Source: Octopus bimaculoides
Taxonomy: Eukaryota
Direction of reading: 5' to 3'
DNA: 63,569 bases
Assembly: GCF_001194135.2 (NCBI RefSeq)
Contig: NC_068987.1
Coordinates: forward strand, 88,208,358 to 88,271,926
Shown: positions 1-11,835 of the stretch, in pieces
Numbering within the stretch: position 1 is the first letter of the stretch
Layout: the number at the start of each line of letters is the position of its first letter
Translations under genes and position numbers: made by a program
Notes under the pieces: generated by a model
The model's database searches: none
What the model saw: only the letters and a program-made list of their open reading frames with translations
What the model was told of the DNA's origin: nothing

Positions 1-11
1 GTGTATATATG

Positions 12-45
<34 letters not shown>

Positions 46-250
46 TGTATATATAAGTATATATGTGTGTATATGTATACATATACATATGTCTATATAT
101 ATATGTATATATATATACATATACATATATGTATATATATATACATATACATATATGTATATATACATAGATACATACACACACACACATAGTAAGAGAG
201 TCTGGTGCAAGTATGCACATGTATGCGTATTGTGTGTGTGTGTGTGTGTA
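1..250. repeat. Compound (TA)n/(TG)n/(CA)n microsatellite
   Basis: Direct reading; explains the YI/CV/HT-rich ORFs. Confidence 0.95.
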
Positions 251-1934
251 CTTTTAACCATTTAGCTCAGTCAACTGAAGCGTTCCGCCTCTTTGCTTTC
301 GTTTCCCTCAACATCTCATTCATTTCCAAACGATTTTAAGAAGGTACAAAAGACTGTTACGGTTGTGCGGTGTATATAAAATAGCTTGGCTAGTGTATTT
401 ACTGTTTACTAGTGGTTGATTATGTTTTCTTCGTTAGTGATATATACTGATCAAACTTGCAAATTTAATTGACTAGATTAGTTAACTCTCCATCGCGTTT
501 GATAATTTGTCGAAACGTAAATTCACTTTCAAGTGTGATAAATGTTGGTGAAGACGAAGGGTGAACATCTATTCGCAGGGAATGAGCTAATAGATGGAAA
601 ACATGAAGGTGGGGGAATCTATTTACGAACCAATCATAATGCCCTTTCTAGTTTGTTGTCATTGTCCCGCTTACGTGTTAGTGGGGTTAGAAAAAGGAGG
701 CCCTAAATTAAATTTCAAGTTCTTGCGCCCTACATTCAATTATTTCCCCTAATCTTTCCTTTCACATCCGTAATCGTCTTAGGTGTCTTAATGCAAATAT
801 TTTGCTGTCTCTGCTATTCTTAGGAAAAAGGAGAACGAATGACTACAGCATTCAGCAATTTGCTGTTCTGAACAACAAATTAAACATATCACATAGAAAC
901 TGTGTGAAAAATATTGTTTCATGGATTCTTTTGCTATCGGTTTCTCAATTGTTTCTTAGTTTTTTTATATGTCATATCATCTATATCCAGTCTTTCTGTC
1001 ATTCTCTTTGGCAAAATCGTATTTATAGGAGTTAGCAAATGTTACAATTTAAGTTTGTTTTCAAATGTTTTCAATCAACAAATCAGTATAAAAGGTAGAC
1101 ATAACACTTTCATTCTTGCTTAGTGTGTATGTATGTGTGTGTTCATGTTTGCATGAATATGCACACATGTTTATGCACATGCATTGGTTTAATGGTAGGT
1201 TGGCAGTGGTGATACGAAAGTGATACTCATTTTTTTTTTTGTAAATTTTTTTTTTTTTTTTTGTAATTTTGTAAAATCCCTAAGATTATTTTTGCTTTGT
1301 TCGCAATGTTTGCAAAACGAATTGTTTTTCTCGTTGCTAAATTATCTCTTAAAATTCAATATTACCACAATTCAAGTTGATGGTGACTTGGTAACATTTT
1401 GTTCCTTCCTCATATATATACACGTGTGTGTATATGTATATATATATGCATACATGTGTGTATGCATACATATATGTGTATATACATACATACATACATG
1501 TGTATATATGTCTTTGTTTGTTCCTTCTCATTAATCTCCAATCAGCAGTTTTCTGTTTTGAATCAATCAAAGCTGTTTGTTTAGGCTTCTGTTCTGTTCT
1601 GCAAATTCTTCTCCTCCTTGGGGTGTGATCCCCTTCCCTTCCCCCCCAAAAACCCCACCCACCCATCCACCTATCTACCTACCTANNNNNNNNNNNNNNN
1701 NNNNNNNNNNNNNNNNNNNNNNNNNNNNNNNNNNNNNNNNNNNNNNNNNNNNNNNNNNNNNNNNNNNNNNNNNNNNNNNNNNNNNNNNNNNNNNNNNNNN
1801 NNNNNNNNNNNNNNNNNNNNNNNNNNNNNNNNNNNNNNNNNNNNNNNNNNNNNNNNNNNNNNNNNNNNNNNNNNNNNNNNNNNNNNNNNNNNNNNNNNNN
1901 NNNNNNNNNNNNNNNNNNNNNNNNNNNNNACACA

Positions 1935-1986
<52 letters not shown>

Positions 1987-2453
1987 TGCACACACACAAA
2001 CATGCACATACATACATATGCGACACATACATATATATACCTACATACACACATACATATAAATATATATATAAATATATATCTTATGAATGAATAAAGT
2101 TGTTAATTTGTAATGAGTTGCTGTGCATGATGCTGTTTTATTTAGAAAAGTGTGAACACAGTTGAATTAATGATTGTTTTGTTGTGGTTGTTATTGTTAT
2201 TGTTGTTGTTATTCAATATATATAAATATAAATATCAATAGTTTTTATAGACTTCCTACACTGCAACACTGTTAGATTTGTACCAGAACCGGGTCTGCTT
2301 CGGCTCTGGATGTAAACCATGTGGAACATGAAGATAAAACTAAAATAATGTCTCCTTTTTCTTCCTCTTCTTCTCCTCACTCTGTATTCCCCCTGCCCCC
2401 CACACCACCTCTCTCTTTCTTTCTTTCTTTGTCTATCAGTCTTTATAAACAAA

Positions 2454-2496
<43 letters not shown>

Positions 2497-2621
2497 TGAA
2501 TGCTGTTTAGATATAAAAAGGGCACCCAAATGTCCCGAATATAAAATCCATGTCAGGGATACTGTGAGCCTCTTCCACCCCTTTTCAGCATGGAAATATT
2601 AATGTAAAACAATGGTGATGA

Positions 2622-2837
2622 TACAGTTCTATATTTAAGAGATGAGGAATTATATACATTATTTACATTGTTTATATTTGATGGATATTTGTCCTCATCC
2701 TGTTTGTTGCTAATACGTTTCGGCTGATATACCCTCCAGCCTTCATCAGGTGCCTTGGAGAAGTTTTGAACCTGGGTTCTCATTCTTACGGTATTTTTCG
2801 ATGTTATTATTACTGTTCAGGTCACTGCCTGGAATCG
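2622..2837 (-). mobile_element. Hammerhead-bearing tRNA-head retroelement, 5'-truncated copy (inverted partner of 2837-3078)
   Basis: Reverse complement matches 45550-45858 from the T-arm (CGATTCC) to the 3' end GAACTGTA. Confidence 0.85.
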
Positions 2838-2907
2838 GGCATATGGCGTAGTGGTTAAGAGCACGGGCTACTAACCCCAAGATTCTGAGTTCGATTCCAG
2901 GCAGTGG

Positions 2908-2939
<32 letters not shown>

Positions 2940-3078
2940 TGAAAAAATACCTTAGGAATGAGAACCCAGGTTCAAAATTTCCCCAAGGCACCTGATGAAG
3001 GCTGGTGGGTATATCAGCCGAAATGTTGTGATAACAACAAACAAGATGAGGACAAATATCTGTCAAATGTAAATAATG
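2837..3078 (+). mobile_element. Hammerhead-bearing tRNA-head retroelement (SINE-like), lacking the 3' tail
   Basis: A box TGGCGTAGTGG, B box GAGTTCGATTCC, internal (AAT)n, then CTGATGA...GAAA motif; stops at AAATAATG. Confidence 0.85.
2987..3032 (+). ncRNA. Minimal type I hammerhead ribozyme motif (partly degenerate)
   Basis: GGCAC-CTGATGA-A-GGCTGG/TCAGCC stem II-GAAA-TGT-T-GTGAT; stem I is 3 bp plus a mismatch. Confidence 0.6.
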
Positions 3079-3093
3079 GTGATGATGATAAAT

Positions 3094-3127
<34 letters not shown>

Positions 3128-3413
3128 TGTTTTTGAACAAAAATATTATTGACAGTGAGTTTGAAGTTTCAACCAGTTATGCCAATTTTGGACAATGGCT
3201 TAGCTTTAGCTCACTAAAACTTCAAAGTTACTATCAACAATATCCTTGTTTAAGAATACTAGATTTGTACCCTACAAAAGTATAGAGTAACCTTTGAGAA
3301 CTGAACATAAAAACAAGCATTTATGTATATATATATATATATTATACATACATAATACTTTTACAAGACAGGGTGACTGTAACTTCGAAGTTTGAGCCTG
3401 GTAGCCTTTGTCA

Positions 3414-3507
3414 GACACTCCAAGGAAGGCTAGCAGGTTGATACTTCGAAGTCACTCTCAGACAGTCCAAAGAAGGCCAGCAGGTTGATACTTCGAAGTC
3501 ATTCTCA
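3414..3507. repeat. 47-bp tandem duplication containing the palindrome ACTTCGAAGT
   Basis: Units start at 3414 and 3461; a third palindrome lies at 3382-3391. Confidence 0.85.
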
Positions 3508-3655
3508 TCCTACACCTTGTAAAAGCTTAATAAATATATACTCTGGAAAAAGAGTATTGAGTAATTCTTCAGTTTAATCTTTTTAAATTGTTTTTATTAG
3601 AACTTGACATAAAAACAGACATTAATATCATTCAATCTGTCTCTATACATACATA

Positions 3656-3691
<36 letters not shown>

Positions 3692-3755
3692 TATACACTC
3701 AAATACACACACAACTTCATTGGATTGCATCCCTTTAACATGTGTGCACTGGCAT

Positions 3756-3792
<37 letters not shown>

Positions 3793-4031
3793 CCTGCAGG
3801 TAAACCCAAACGAACTAACTACATCTTTCTCTTACTTTTAGTCTCTCACTTCGTCTCCTCTTTTCCATATATTTTTTTTTTCTTGAAACGATTGATGAAA
3901 TCAGTTTTTGAGGCCTCAAAAATATTCAAACGTATCCATATATATTCAATTTATGTTGAATTATATGGCTATTTGTTATTAGAATGGGTTTAGTACAAAA
4001 TATATATATATACATACATATACATATATAC

Positions 4032-4076
<45 letters not shown>

Positions 4077-4386
4077 CAGTACATATATAGTATGAAAAAT
4101 AAGTTTACCTAACTAATATGAATAAAGCTTACCTATTTATGTACTAATCAGTTATTGGTACTTTGATCAATTTTGTAACAAAACTTAAGCTAAATATCAC
4201 TTGTTGCTGATAGTTGTTTATCGGCTAAATTTATTTTTAAAATATCTTCAATGATATTTAGCCTATAGTAATTATATTCCTTAATTTATGATTTATGATA
4301 TTGCTAAATATTGCCAGTTCAGTTGTCCTTATATGGTAAGTACATGAAAGTACAAGGCTGTATATTTTGATAAAGATTTTGGTTTT

Positions 4387-4583
4387 TACAGTTTTATATT
4401 TAAGAGATGAGGAATTATGTACATTAATATTTACATTTGACTGATATTTGTCCTCATCTTGTTTGTTGTTAACACAACGTTTCGGCTGATATACCCTCCA
4501 GCCTTCATTGGGTGTCTTTTGGAAATTTTGAACCTGGGTTCTCATTCCTAAGGTATATTTTGGTGTTATTATTATTAAATTCA
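4387..4583 (-). mobile_element. Hammerhead-bearing retroelement, 5'-truncated copy with full 3' tail
   Basis: Same family as 2622-2837; the hammerhead core is mutated to CCAATGA. Confidence 0.8.
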
Positions 4584-4739
4584 AATTACGATGAACGTAA
4601 ACAAACAAACAACGTTTGCTTTTAGAAGCGTTGAGATGTCTTAGAAAGTTAAAGAAGTGATTTTAAATTCTCAAACGCAGGATAATGCTAATAATATAAC
4701 CTGAACAGGATAAGCTACCCCTATTTTGCAGTAAAGAGT

Positions 4740-4958
4740 GTTGGTGGCCAGCTATGAGATTGCCCAAGATTCCGAGTTTGATTCCAGCTAGTGACCTGAA
4801 TGATAATAGTAATAATAATAATATATTGAAAAATACCTTAGAAATGAGAACCGAGGTTCAAAATTTCCCCAAGACACCTGATGAAGGCTGTAGGGTTTAT
4901 CAGCAGAAACGTTGTAGCAAACAAGATGAGGACAAATATCTATCAAATGTAAATAATG
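4740..4958 (+). mobile_element. Hammerhead-bearing retroelement, degraded head, lacking the 3' tail
   Basis: CCCAAGATTCCGAGTTTGATTCC head remnant; CTGATGA at 4878-4884 and GAAAC at 4906-4910. Confidence 0.8.
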
Positions 4959-5766
4959 TGTTTGGTTTTTGCTTCCCCCCCCCCCCTTTTGGATTGAAAG
5001 ATTAGTTTAAAGAATTATAACATTTTGATTTGTTAATAATTTCTTCACATTTCATTTTAAACAAAATGCTACTTCTGATTCTGTTTATAATTTGTTTTAT
5101 ACTAAATCCTTTTTTTATAATAATAACAACTACCTTTCAAAACTACTATTGTTGCTATAATGCTTTATGATTGCCTGTAATTCTTTACGATTTTCAAAGT
5201 CATATCTTCTGCAGGTAATATTAGTTTGGTTAGAAACCTAGAAATTGAAAACACGTTTTTTTCTCTGAACTAATCTTGGGTTTTACAAAAGAATGACAAC
5301 TGAATCCTGTTCCAGCCACCCACATTTTCTTCTTTCCTTCTTTTATCAGTTGTTTCTACTACTACTACAACTACTACCACCACCACCACTACTACTAACA
5401 TTGTTAAAACAGACCAATTTTAGTGATTTAACTGTTCTGTTCTGTTTTTTTTTAGAATTGGTGATGGAACTGACCAGCATGGCTCAACAATTTCCATCAA
5501 CATTTGCAGTATAAGCATGGAACCATTTAGTTAAAAGACATTTTGCAGGCTGGAAAGAAAGTTTTGTCGCATTTTAGGACGGGAAGGAAACAAATGCTTC
5601 TTTGATCTCCGTATATTTTGTTAAAATTAATATTTTCCCTCATTATTGATAACATAATCTCATCTATTTGGCACATTGTTGATCCCTCAGGCAAAAAAAA
5701 TATCTTCCATATTTTGAAGCAAAGAAAACATTTAATCATAATTAATGAGTTGTTTACCCTCAAAAT

Positions 5767-6036
5767 TGTTGTTGTTGGCACTCCATCGCTTATGACGTCG
5801 AGGGTTCCAGTTGATCCGATCAACGGAACAGCCTGCTCATGAAATTAACGTGCAAGTGGCTGAGCACTCCACAGACACGTGTACCCTTAACGTAGTTCTC
5901 GAGCATATTCAGCGTGACACAGTGTGACAAGGCTGACCCTTTGAATTACAGGCACGACAGAAACAGGAAGTAAGAGTGAGAGAAAGTTGTGGTGGAAGAG
6001 TACAGCAGGGTTCACCACTATCCCCTGCCGGAACCC
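5767..6036 (-). mobile_element. tRNA-derived SINE family D, 3' part
   Basis: Near-identical to 35990-36245; (TTG)n at the 3' end. Confidence 0.8.
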
Positions 6037-6039
6037 TCA

Positions 6040-6922
6040 AAATAATGCCACAACAATCTGCAAAGATGATAGTCAGATGGATTGAGGTCAGGAGAGTAAG
6101 GAAGATGAGGCAAAACTCCCTTATTTAGCACCATGATCTTTTCTTGAGAGAAATGGCTCATACATAGTCTTGCGTTGTCGTGTAAGAGCAATACACCTTT
6201 ACAATTGACCGATGATGGCTGCTTTTTCTGCAAATTTTATGTGCAATGCTTCCAATTGATGACAATACTTCTCCTCATGAAATGTTTCGTTTTGGTTTAA
6301 CATTTCATGAGAGATGACTTCCTTCCTATCTCACTAAACACAGTGTGGTCCTGGTTTTTTAGAATGGATTCTCCTGTTTCATTGGATGCTAACCATTGTC
6401 GTTTTCGTTGGATATGATTACAGAGAACTCACTTTTCATCACCTCTGATGATTCTACTCTGGGATAGTTTTGGTAACTTGTCTATCCTTCAATGACGAAG
6501 AGAAGGTAACTCTTTGATTAAGCTGAGAAGCAGTCAAATGATGAGGCATCCACTGACCAAGTTAAGACACTTTTCCTCGTTCATGAAATGTTTTAAGAGA
6601 AACTTCAACTGAAGTGCTTTGCCAATTCTTGAGCTGTTTGCTTTGGATTTTCAGAAGCTCAGTGTTGACAGAATTTGGTTGTCCAGATTTAGAAGAATCT
6701 GCAAGAGTAAAATTTTTCGAACAAAACTGACCAAACTATCATTACTATATCTGGACTCTTAAAGCTACATTTCCATAGACAGAAACAAATATTTCTTGCT
6801 GCTTCAATTGCTAAAGAACCCCTAAAAAACATTTTTATTTAATTCTTATTTACAATAAGTATTAAAAAAAAATACCAAGTATCAAGTCTCAATTGCGACT
6901 GGACTTTCTTTCCAACCTAATA
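6040..6922 (-). mobile_element. Degraded mariner transposon remnant
   Basis: ORF 6018-6233 has LLHDNAR...LPHLPYSPDLNPSDYHL (mariner catalytic region); terminus reads TATTAGGTTGGAAAAG on the minus strand at ~6907-6922. Confidence 0.85.
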
Positions 6923-7217
6923 TATATATNNNNNNNNNNNNNNNNNNNNNNNNNNNNNNNNNNNNNNNNNNNNNNNNNNNNNNNNNNNNNNNNNNNNNNN
7001 NNNNNNNNNNNNNNNNNNNNNNNNNNNNNNTATATATGTGTTAATCTATTTGTGGGTTAATAAGGCTACCATTTGTTTCTTTACATGAACCCTATGGTAA
7101 CCTTGTTAACCCACAAATAAAGAATATTTATCTACCAATGCAGTATTGAACACTCATTCTCACTGTTCAATATTAGTGTGTGTGTATATATATATATATG
7201 TATATACACACACACAT

Positions 7218-7256
<39 letters not shown>

Positions 7257-7549
7257 GTGTGTGTGTGTGTGGTGAGTTAGTAGAAATAACAATTTCCTCC
7301 CAGACTTCAGATCCCACTGAATTTCGCTTTATCTTTCATGTCTTTAAAAGTTCAATGATAAAAACCAATAATAATAATACATAATAGTGCCAATTCAGTT
7401 GACTCTATGGTCTTCCATTTAAAATGTGACTCTCTGCCTATTTATTCCCTCCGGCAAAATCAAATCTTGCACATGCTGTTCTGCAACATAGCATTTTTGA
7501 AAAAAACGATTATTATTATCATTATTATTATTGTTATTATTATGCAAAA

Positions 7550-7740
7550 ATGAGGGCAGCAGAATGGCATGGTTTGCAGTATTTAGTTTAATGTCCATTC
7601 ATTTCTGAATTCAAACTTTGCAAAGCTTGGGCTTGCAGTTCAGTATCAGGTCTGATAATGGCCCAGAATGGATTCCTTGGAATGTAGCCCCACCTCAAGA
7701 AATTTGTGGCTTTATGCCAGTCTGAGAAACCATTATCTGA
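7550..7740 (+). mobile_element. Old, degraded tRNA-derived SINE (family C)
   Basis: GCAGTATTT...TTCTGAATTCAAA and CCCCACC...GAAATTTGTGGC...GAAACCATT align with family C copies (e.g. 25620-25860). Confidence 0.55.
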
Positions 7741-8149
7741 AAATGAATGTAAAAGTTTACATGTGGCTTTAAATGTAGCGCAGAGGTCATGGAGTGCTTG
7801 GTCATCTGTACAACAACAACAATCAATCAATTGTTGCTATTTTGTTAGTTTTTGATATATTTTTTCTTGCCTTGTATGACATTTTAAAGCACTAAATAAT
7901 CATTGTTACAAAGGTCCAGGTTTCAAATCCTAACCCTATCATGACTCACCCCTTTTTTTTTTCAATTTTTAATTTTTTGTCCCTCCAAGAATGAGTTGAT
8001 AAAATAAGTACCAGTAATATACTGGTATTAGTGGTGGTGGTGATGGTGGGGGTGTGATTTAATTAACTTGTATTGTTTTCTCTACAGATATAAAAAGGGC
8101 CTGCTTTGTGTGGAGACAAATGAAATTAAAATCCAAAATAACCAACCAC

Positions 8150-8390
8150 TTGTCGTTGTTGTTTAGTCCCAAATCAACCCTAATTGGGTAAACCCAATCA
8201 TCAAAAATACCTTTGCCTTCATCCTGATTATCTCCTTTAATTCTTTTCTTTGCCATAGTATAACTAGGAGTACATAATCAAACGCGTCCTTCCTTTTTAA
8301 GATTGTAAGAATTTGGAAATTTGGATGTCAGTTCTAGCAGAGTGAGTGGCCATGTAGAGGCCCTTAAAGTACTGGATGAAATGCCTCATA
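8150..8390 (+). repeat. Unclassified interspersed repeat (family F); related copies at ~10290-10500 and ~31240-31400
   Basis: Shared motifs GTTGTTTA...CCCT, ATTTGG...TTTCTAGCAG and TAGAGGC. Confidence 0.55.
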
Positions 8391-8408
8391 GGATATAATT
8401 ATTATTAT

Positions 8409-8640
8409 TTAACATCTGCCTTCCATGCTGGCATGGGTTGGATGGTTTTGGAGGAGCTTGCTTAGCCAAAGGACAGTGTTAAGCTCTGCTGTCTGCTTTG
8501 GCATGGTTTCTATGGTTAGATGCCCTTCCTAATGCCAACCACTTCACAGAGCAGATTGGGAGCTTCTATATGTGGCACCAGCAATAGTGGGATCAGCAAG
8601 TAACTCACAAGACAAGGTGCCCACCTCAACTGAGAGGGAT
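8409..8640 (-). mobile_element. RTE-3'-end-derived short element (family A)
   Basis: TTTAACATCTGCCTTCCATGCTGGCATGGGTTGG...GATGCCCTTCCTAATGCCAACCAC, shared with the RTE 3' end at 17100-17304. Confidence 0.8.
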
Positions 8641-9209
8641 TTAGTTTTAAGGGAGGTGGCTTTGTGCCAGGTGAGGAGAAGTTAGAATCTGAAGTGTTTG
8701 ATAGTAAAATACTGGGCTAAATATCTTATAGAATATGATGGATTATCTAGTTAATTTCCATGAATGAACTTTCACTTGTTTAATCTGTTGGACAATGATC
8801 TACTCACTGAATTACTGTAAGAAGTGGTTGAGTAACCTGCAGTAACATTTTGGTAATCTTCAGGTTAGAATCAGTGTGACACAGTCTGTGACAAGTTAAG
8901 ACCTTTCAATTACTCATCAAGTCCATTCACCAGGCTTGGACATAATTTTCACCTCCCCAGATTCACACAGATGGCTTAACACAAAACTGGCCCAAGATGT
9001 CGAGTAGGGGGATTGAACCCAAAGCCTTGTGATTGGAGCCATGCCTGCACTTATTTTATTAGATACAGTTGTGCTTTACTTACCTCCACTCACTGAAGAG
9101 CGTAAAACCATCAACAGCTTTCCTTCAGTGTTTTTCATTTTAGGCTGTCTTCCGTTTTCCTCCATTTGGAACCATGGTTTTCCAGCTTTTACCTCCAGCA
9201 ATTTTTTGG

Positions 9210-9490
9210 AGTGTGAAGTCGTGTGGCCTAGTAGTTAAGGTGCTGCACTCATGATCGCTAGATTGTGGGTTCAATTCTCAGACCAGGCAGTGTGTTGTAT
9301 TCTTGAGTAAAACATCATTTCACATTTCTCCAGTTCACTCGGCTGTAAATGGGCAGCCCTGCAATGGACTAACTTTCTAATCAGGATCGATCTTGGCCTG
9401 CTTGCCTGGTCATCAGGCTGGCATCATTTGAAAGTGAAAAACAATGCAAAGTATATTGTGATCAGCGATGTATAACCACATCCGATAGTC
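9210..9490 (+). mobile_element. Degraded tRNA-derived SINE (related to 42409-42678)
   Basis: A box TGGCCTAGTAG, B box GGTTCAATTC, then CTTGAGTAAAACA...GCAATGGACT. Confidence 0.65.
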
Positions 9491-9699
9491 TGATTGATGT
9501 TGTGAGCTTCAGAGGATCTCCTCTCTTCCCGGTCCCTTGTGGGGCATATATTTCCTTGATGAAGGGCCTCCTTTCCCCAAGTCTTGTTCGTTATGAATTG
9601 TCATCAATGCTTTTGAAACTTTGCTTTTTTTCTCTCTGAGTAGGGATGTTGGCCCCTACACAAATTCATATTTATCTTCTGGGAAGAGGTGGACCATAT

Positions 9700-9820
9700 T
9701 AGTCAGGCCTCTATCCTTTGACCTGTCCAGCAAGAGAAGTACTACAAGGAGCTGGTGGCCCACTGATGTAGCTGCTAGGGTCCCTGAGGCACAAAGTCCA
9801 CCCCATCACAACAAGGACTG
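9700..9820 (+). mobile_element. Possible RTE-type 5' UTR fragment
   Basis: CCTTTGACCTGTCCAGCA...CTACAAGGAGC...AGCTGCTAGGGTCCCTGAGGCACAAAG...ACAACAAGG resembles RTE 5' UTR motifs as recalled; not verified by search. Confidence 0.4.
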
Positions 9821-10146
9821 GAAACTTGTGGTGGAGTAAATAGTTTAGTAAGGGTTAATATACTCAGTGTTGTGAACCAAAAAATGTTTAACCAATCAAA
9901 ATTACACACATACTAACTTCATTCAAAACAAAAACAAAAAAAAAACCTTAATGATAATTCATAGCAAGGGACGTAACTCCTAAATTGACTTAAAATTGTG
10001 TTGGGGGAGTGTATCCCGTTCTTTGGCTTTTTATTAACTTTGGACATGTTCCTCACTTAGCCTGTATTTACTAGCTCTTTCTTTATCTCTCTCTCTCTCC
10101 CTCTTTCTCTCCCCCCCCCTCTCTCTTTCTCTCTCTNNNNNNNNNN

Positions 10147-10196
<50 letters not shown>

Positions 10197-11654
10197 CCAT
10201 TCCAAAACCAACAGTTGGGACTGTTTGTCATTCAGTAAAATTAGTCTCTGCTAATAAACATATTGGAACCAATTCTTACCACCTGTTATTTTAATCCTTA
10301 CAAATCAAGGATACTAGTTGTTGTTTAATACCAGAGTCAAGTTTCATAAATCAGTTCACTGATCAAAAGCATCCCTTTTCTATAAACCCCCACTATTTGA
10401 CAACTATCTAGGACCATGTTATCTAACATGTTTCTTGAACTTTTAAAAATAAATTGTAGGGTGAGTTGTGTGAAATTTGGCTGTTATTTCTAGCAGTCTC
10501 ATTGTTTTGACAATGGTGCTGCCTTCCTAAAACCACTGACAGTATTATTTCTGATTCTTATTGACAGACAATAAATATATATCAAATATGTATTGGATTG
10601 TCAGATATATTTGCTCATTTAAAAACTTTTTTTTTATTTCAATCTTTGTTTTTGTCAACAATTTTGACAAATCCGTGCATTATTTCCTGCAGAAGATAGG
10701 TCTGACACCCAGACAACTGAAGAAAGCTATGGTTGATAAGACACCATAAGTGGAGCCCTTCCATGGGTGAAGACTAGCTCAGTCCTTGCTGTCTCACTCA
10801 CGTGAAGTTTTTAGGGGTACTGTGACCCTGGGGTACTGGCTCATGGTATGGAAGGGTTTCCAGCATTTCAATAGATTTAGAAGAGCTTTGCAAACCTCTG
10901 AGTAACTCCTTCAGTTTCTGTATAAGGCAAAGCATCTCTGATGTTTATTTCCCCTTTAATTATTTTTTATTAACGATTTTAACAAAGTACATTCTCCTTC
11001 ATTGTACATGGCTTCTTGTCAATGTTCCACTAGCTTGTCAATGCCTTGGCAGTAGAAATGACCGGGTGTTGACTTAAAGAATTCATTGAGTCATGTTTTC
11101 AGTTTCATGTTTCATAGACTGCTAGAGAACAACCATAAAAGATGATAATTTGAAGATGCTGCAATCAGGAAAAATACTCCTGGGGTTAATGGAATCTCTC
11201 AACTGAGCTCTTGAATAACATTTTTGGTAAAATTAGTTCTGTGGGAGTGAGCGTTGTTTTGAAGAAGCATGCCATGTTGCCAGTCAGATTGTTTCGGATG
11301 GATTGCCAATCATGTGAAGGTATCGTGAGAACATCCCATCTGCTTTGCCAATTCCTGAATGGAATTGGTGCAGTTTATCATGGATGAGTTCATTCAACCC
11401 AATCCTCATGAAACTGAACAGATCAACCAAAATGTGGAGAATCTGTGAGGTTGAATTCCTTCTCCTTGAAGAATAAAACCAATTCCTGTGCAGTCCTTTC
11501 AGTAATAGCACCTTCTCTGTACACAGCACAAATGTCCTGAGCAGCTTTGAAACTTTGAAGATGAGCAGATGTTGAAAATACTCTTTTTTTTTTCTACTTG
11601 GCATTCTGTTGCCATGTCTGAAAAGAGGTAAAATTAATTCAAATTTCAAAAGCA

Positions 11655-11800
11655 ATGGCTGTGTGGTAAGAAGCTTGCTTCCAAACCACATGGTTCTGGG
11701 TTCAGTCCCATTTATGTGACACCTTGAAGAAGTGTCTTCTACTATAAACTTGGGCTGGCCAAAGCCTCGTGAGTGGATTTGATAGGCAAGAAGAAGCTTG

Positions 11801-11835
<35 letters not shown>

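Noticed and set aside
6445-6451. Other CTGATGA/TCATCAG words (6445, ~15380, ~60275) as possible hammerheads
   Set aside because: No stem II-GAAA-stem I context; they lie within mariner, LINE or SINE sequence.
7588-7830. 80-aa minus ORF with a plausible acceptor (DQALHDLCATFK...)
   Set aside because: Most of it is the antisense of a degraded family C SINE (7550-7740).
8059-8256. Minus ORF MAKKRIKGDNQDEGK with a donor-like site
   Set aside because: Overlaps interspersed repeat family F, seen elsewhere in the window.
9084-9210. Strong minus donor GAG|GTAAGT with a ~43-codon open frame
   Set aside because: No acceptor outside the adjacent SINE, and the peptide is not recognisable.
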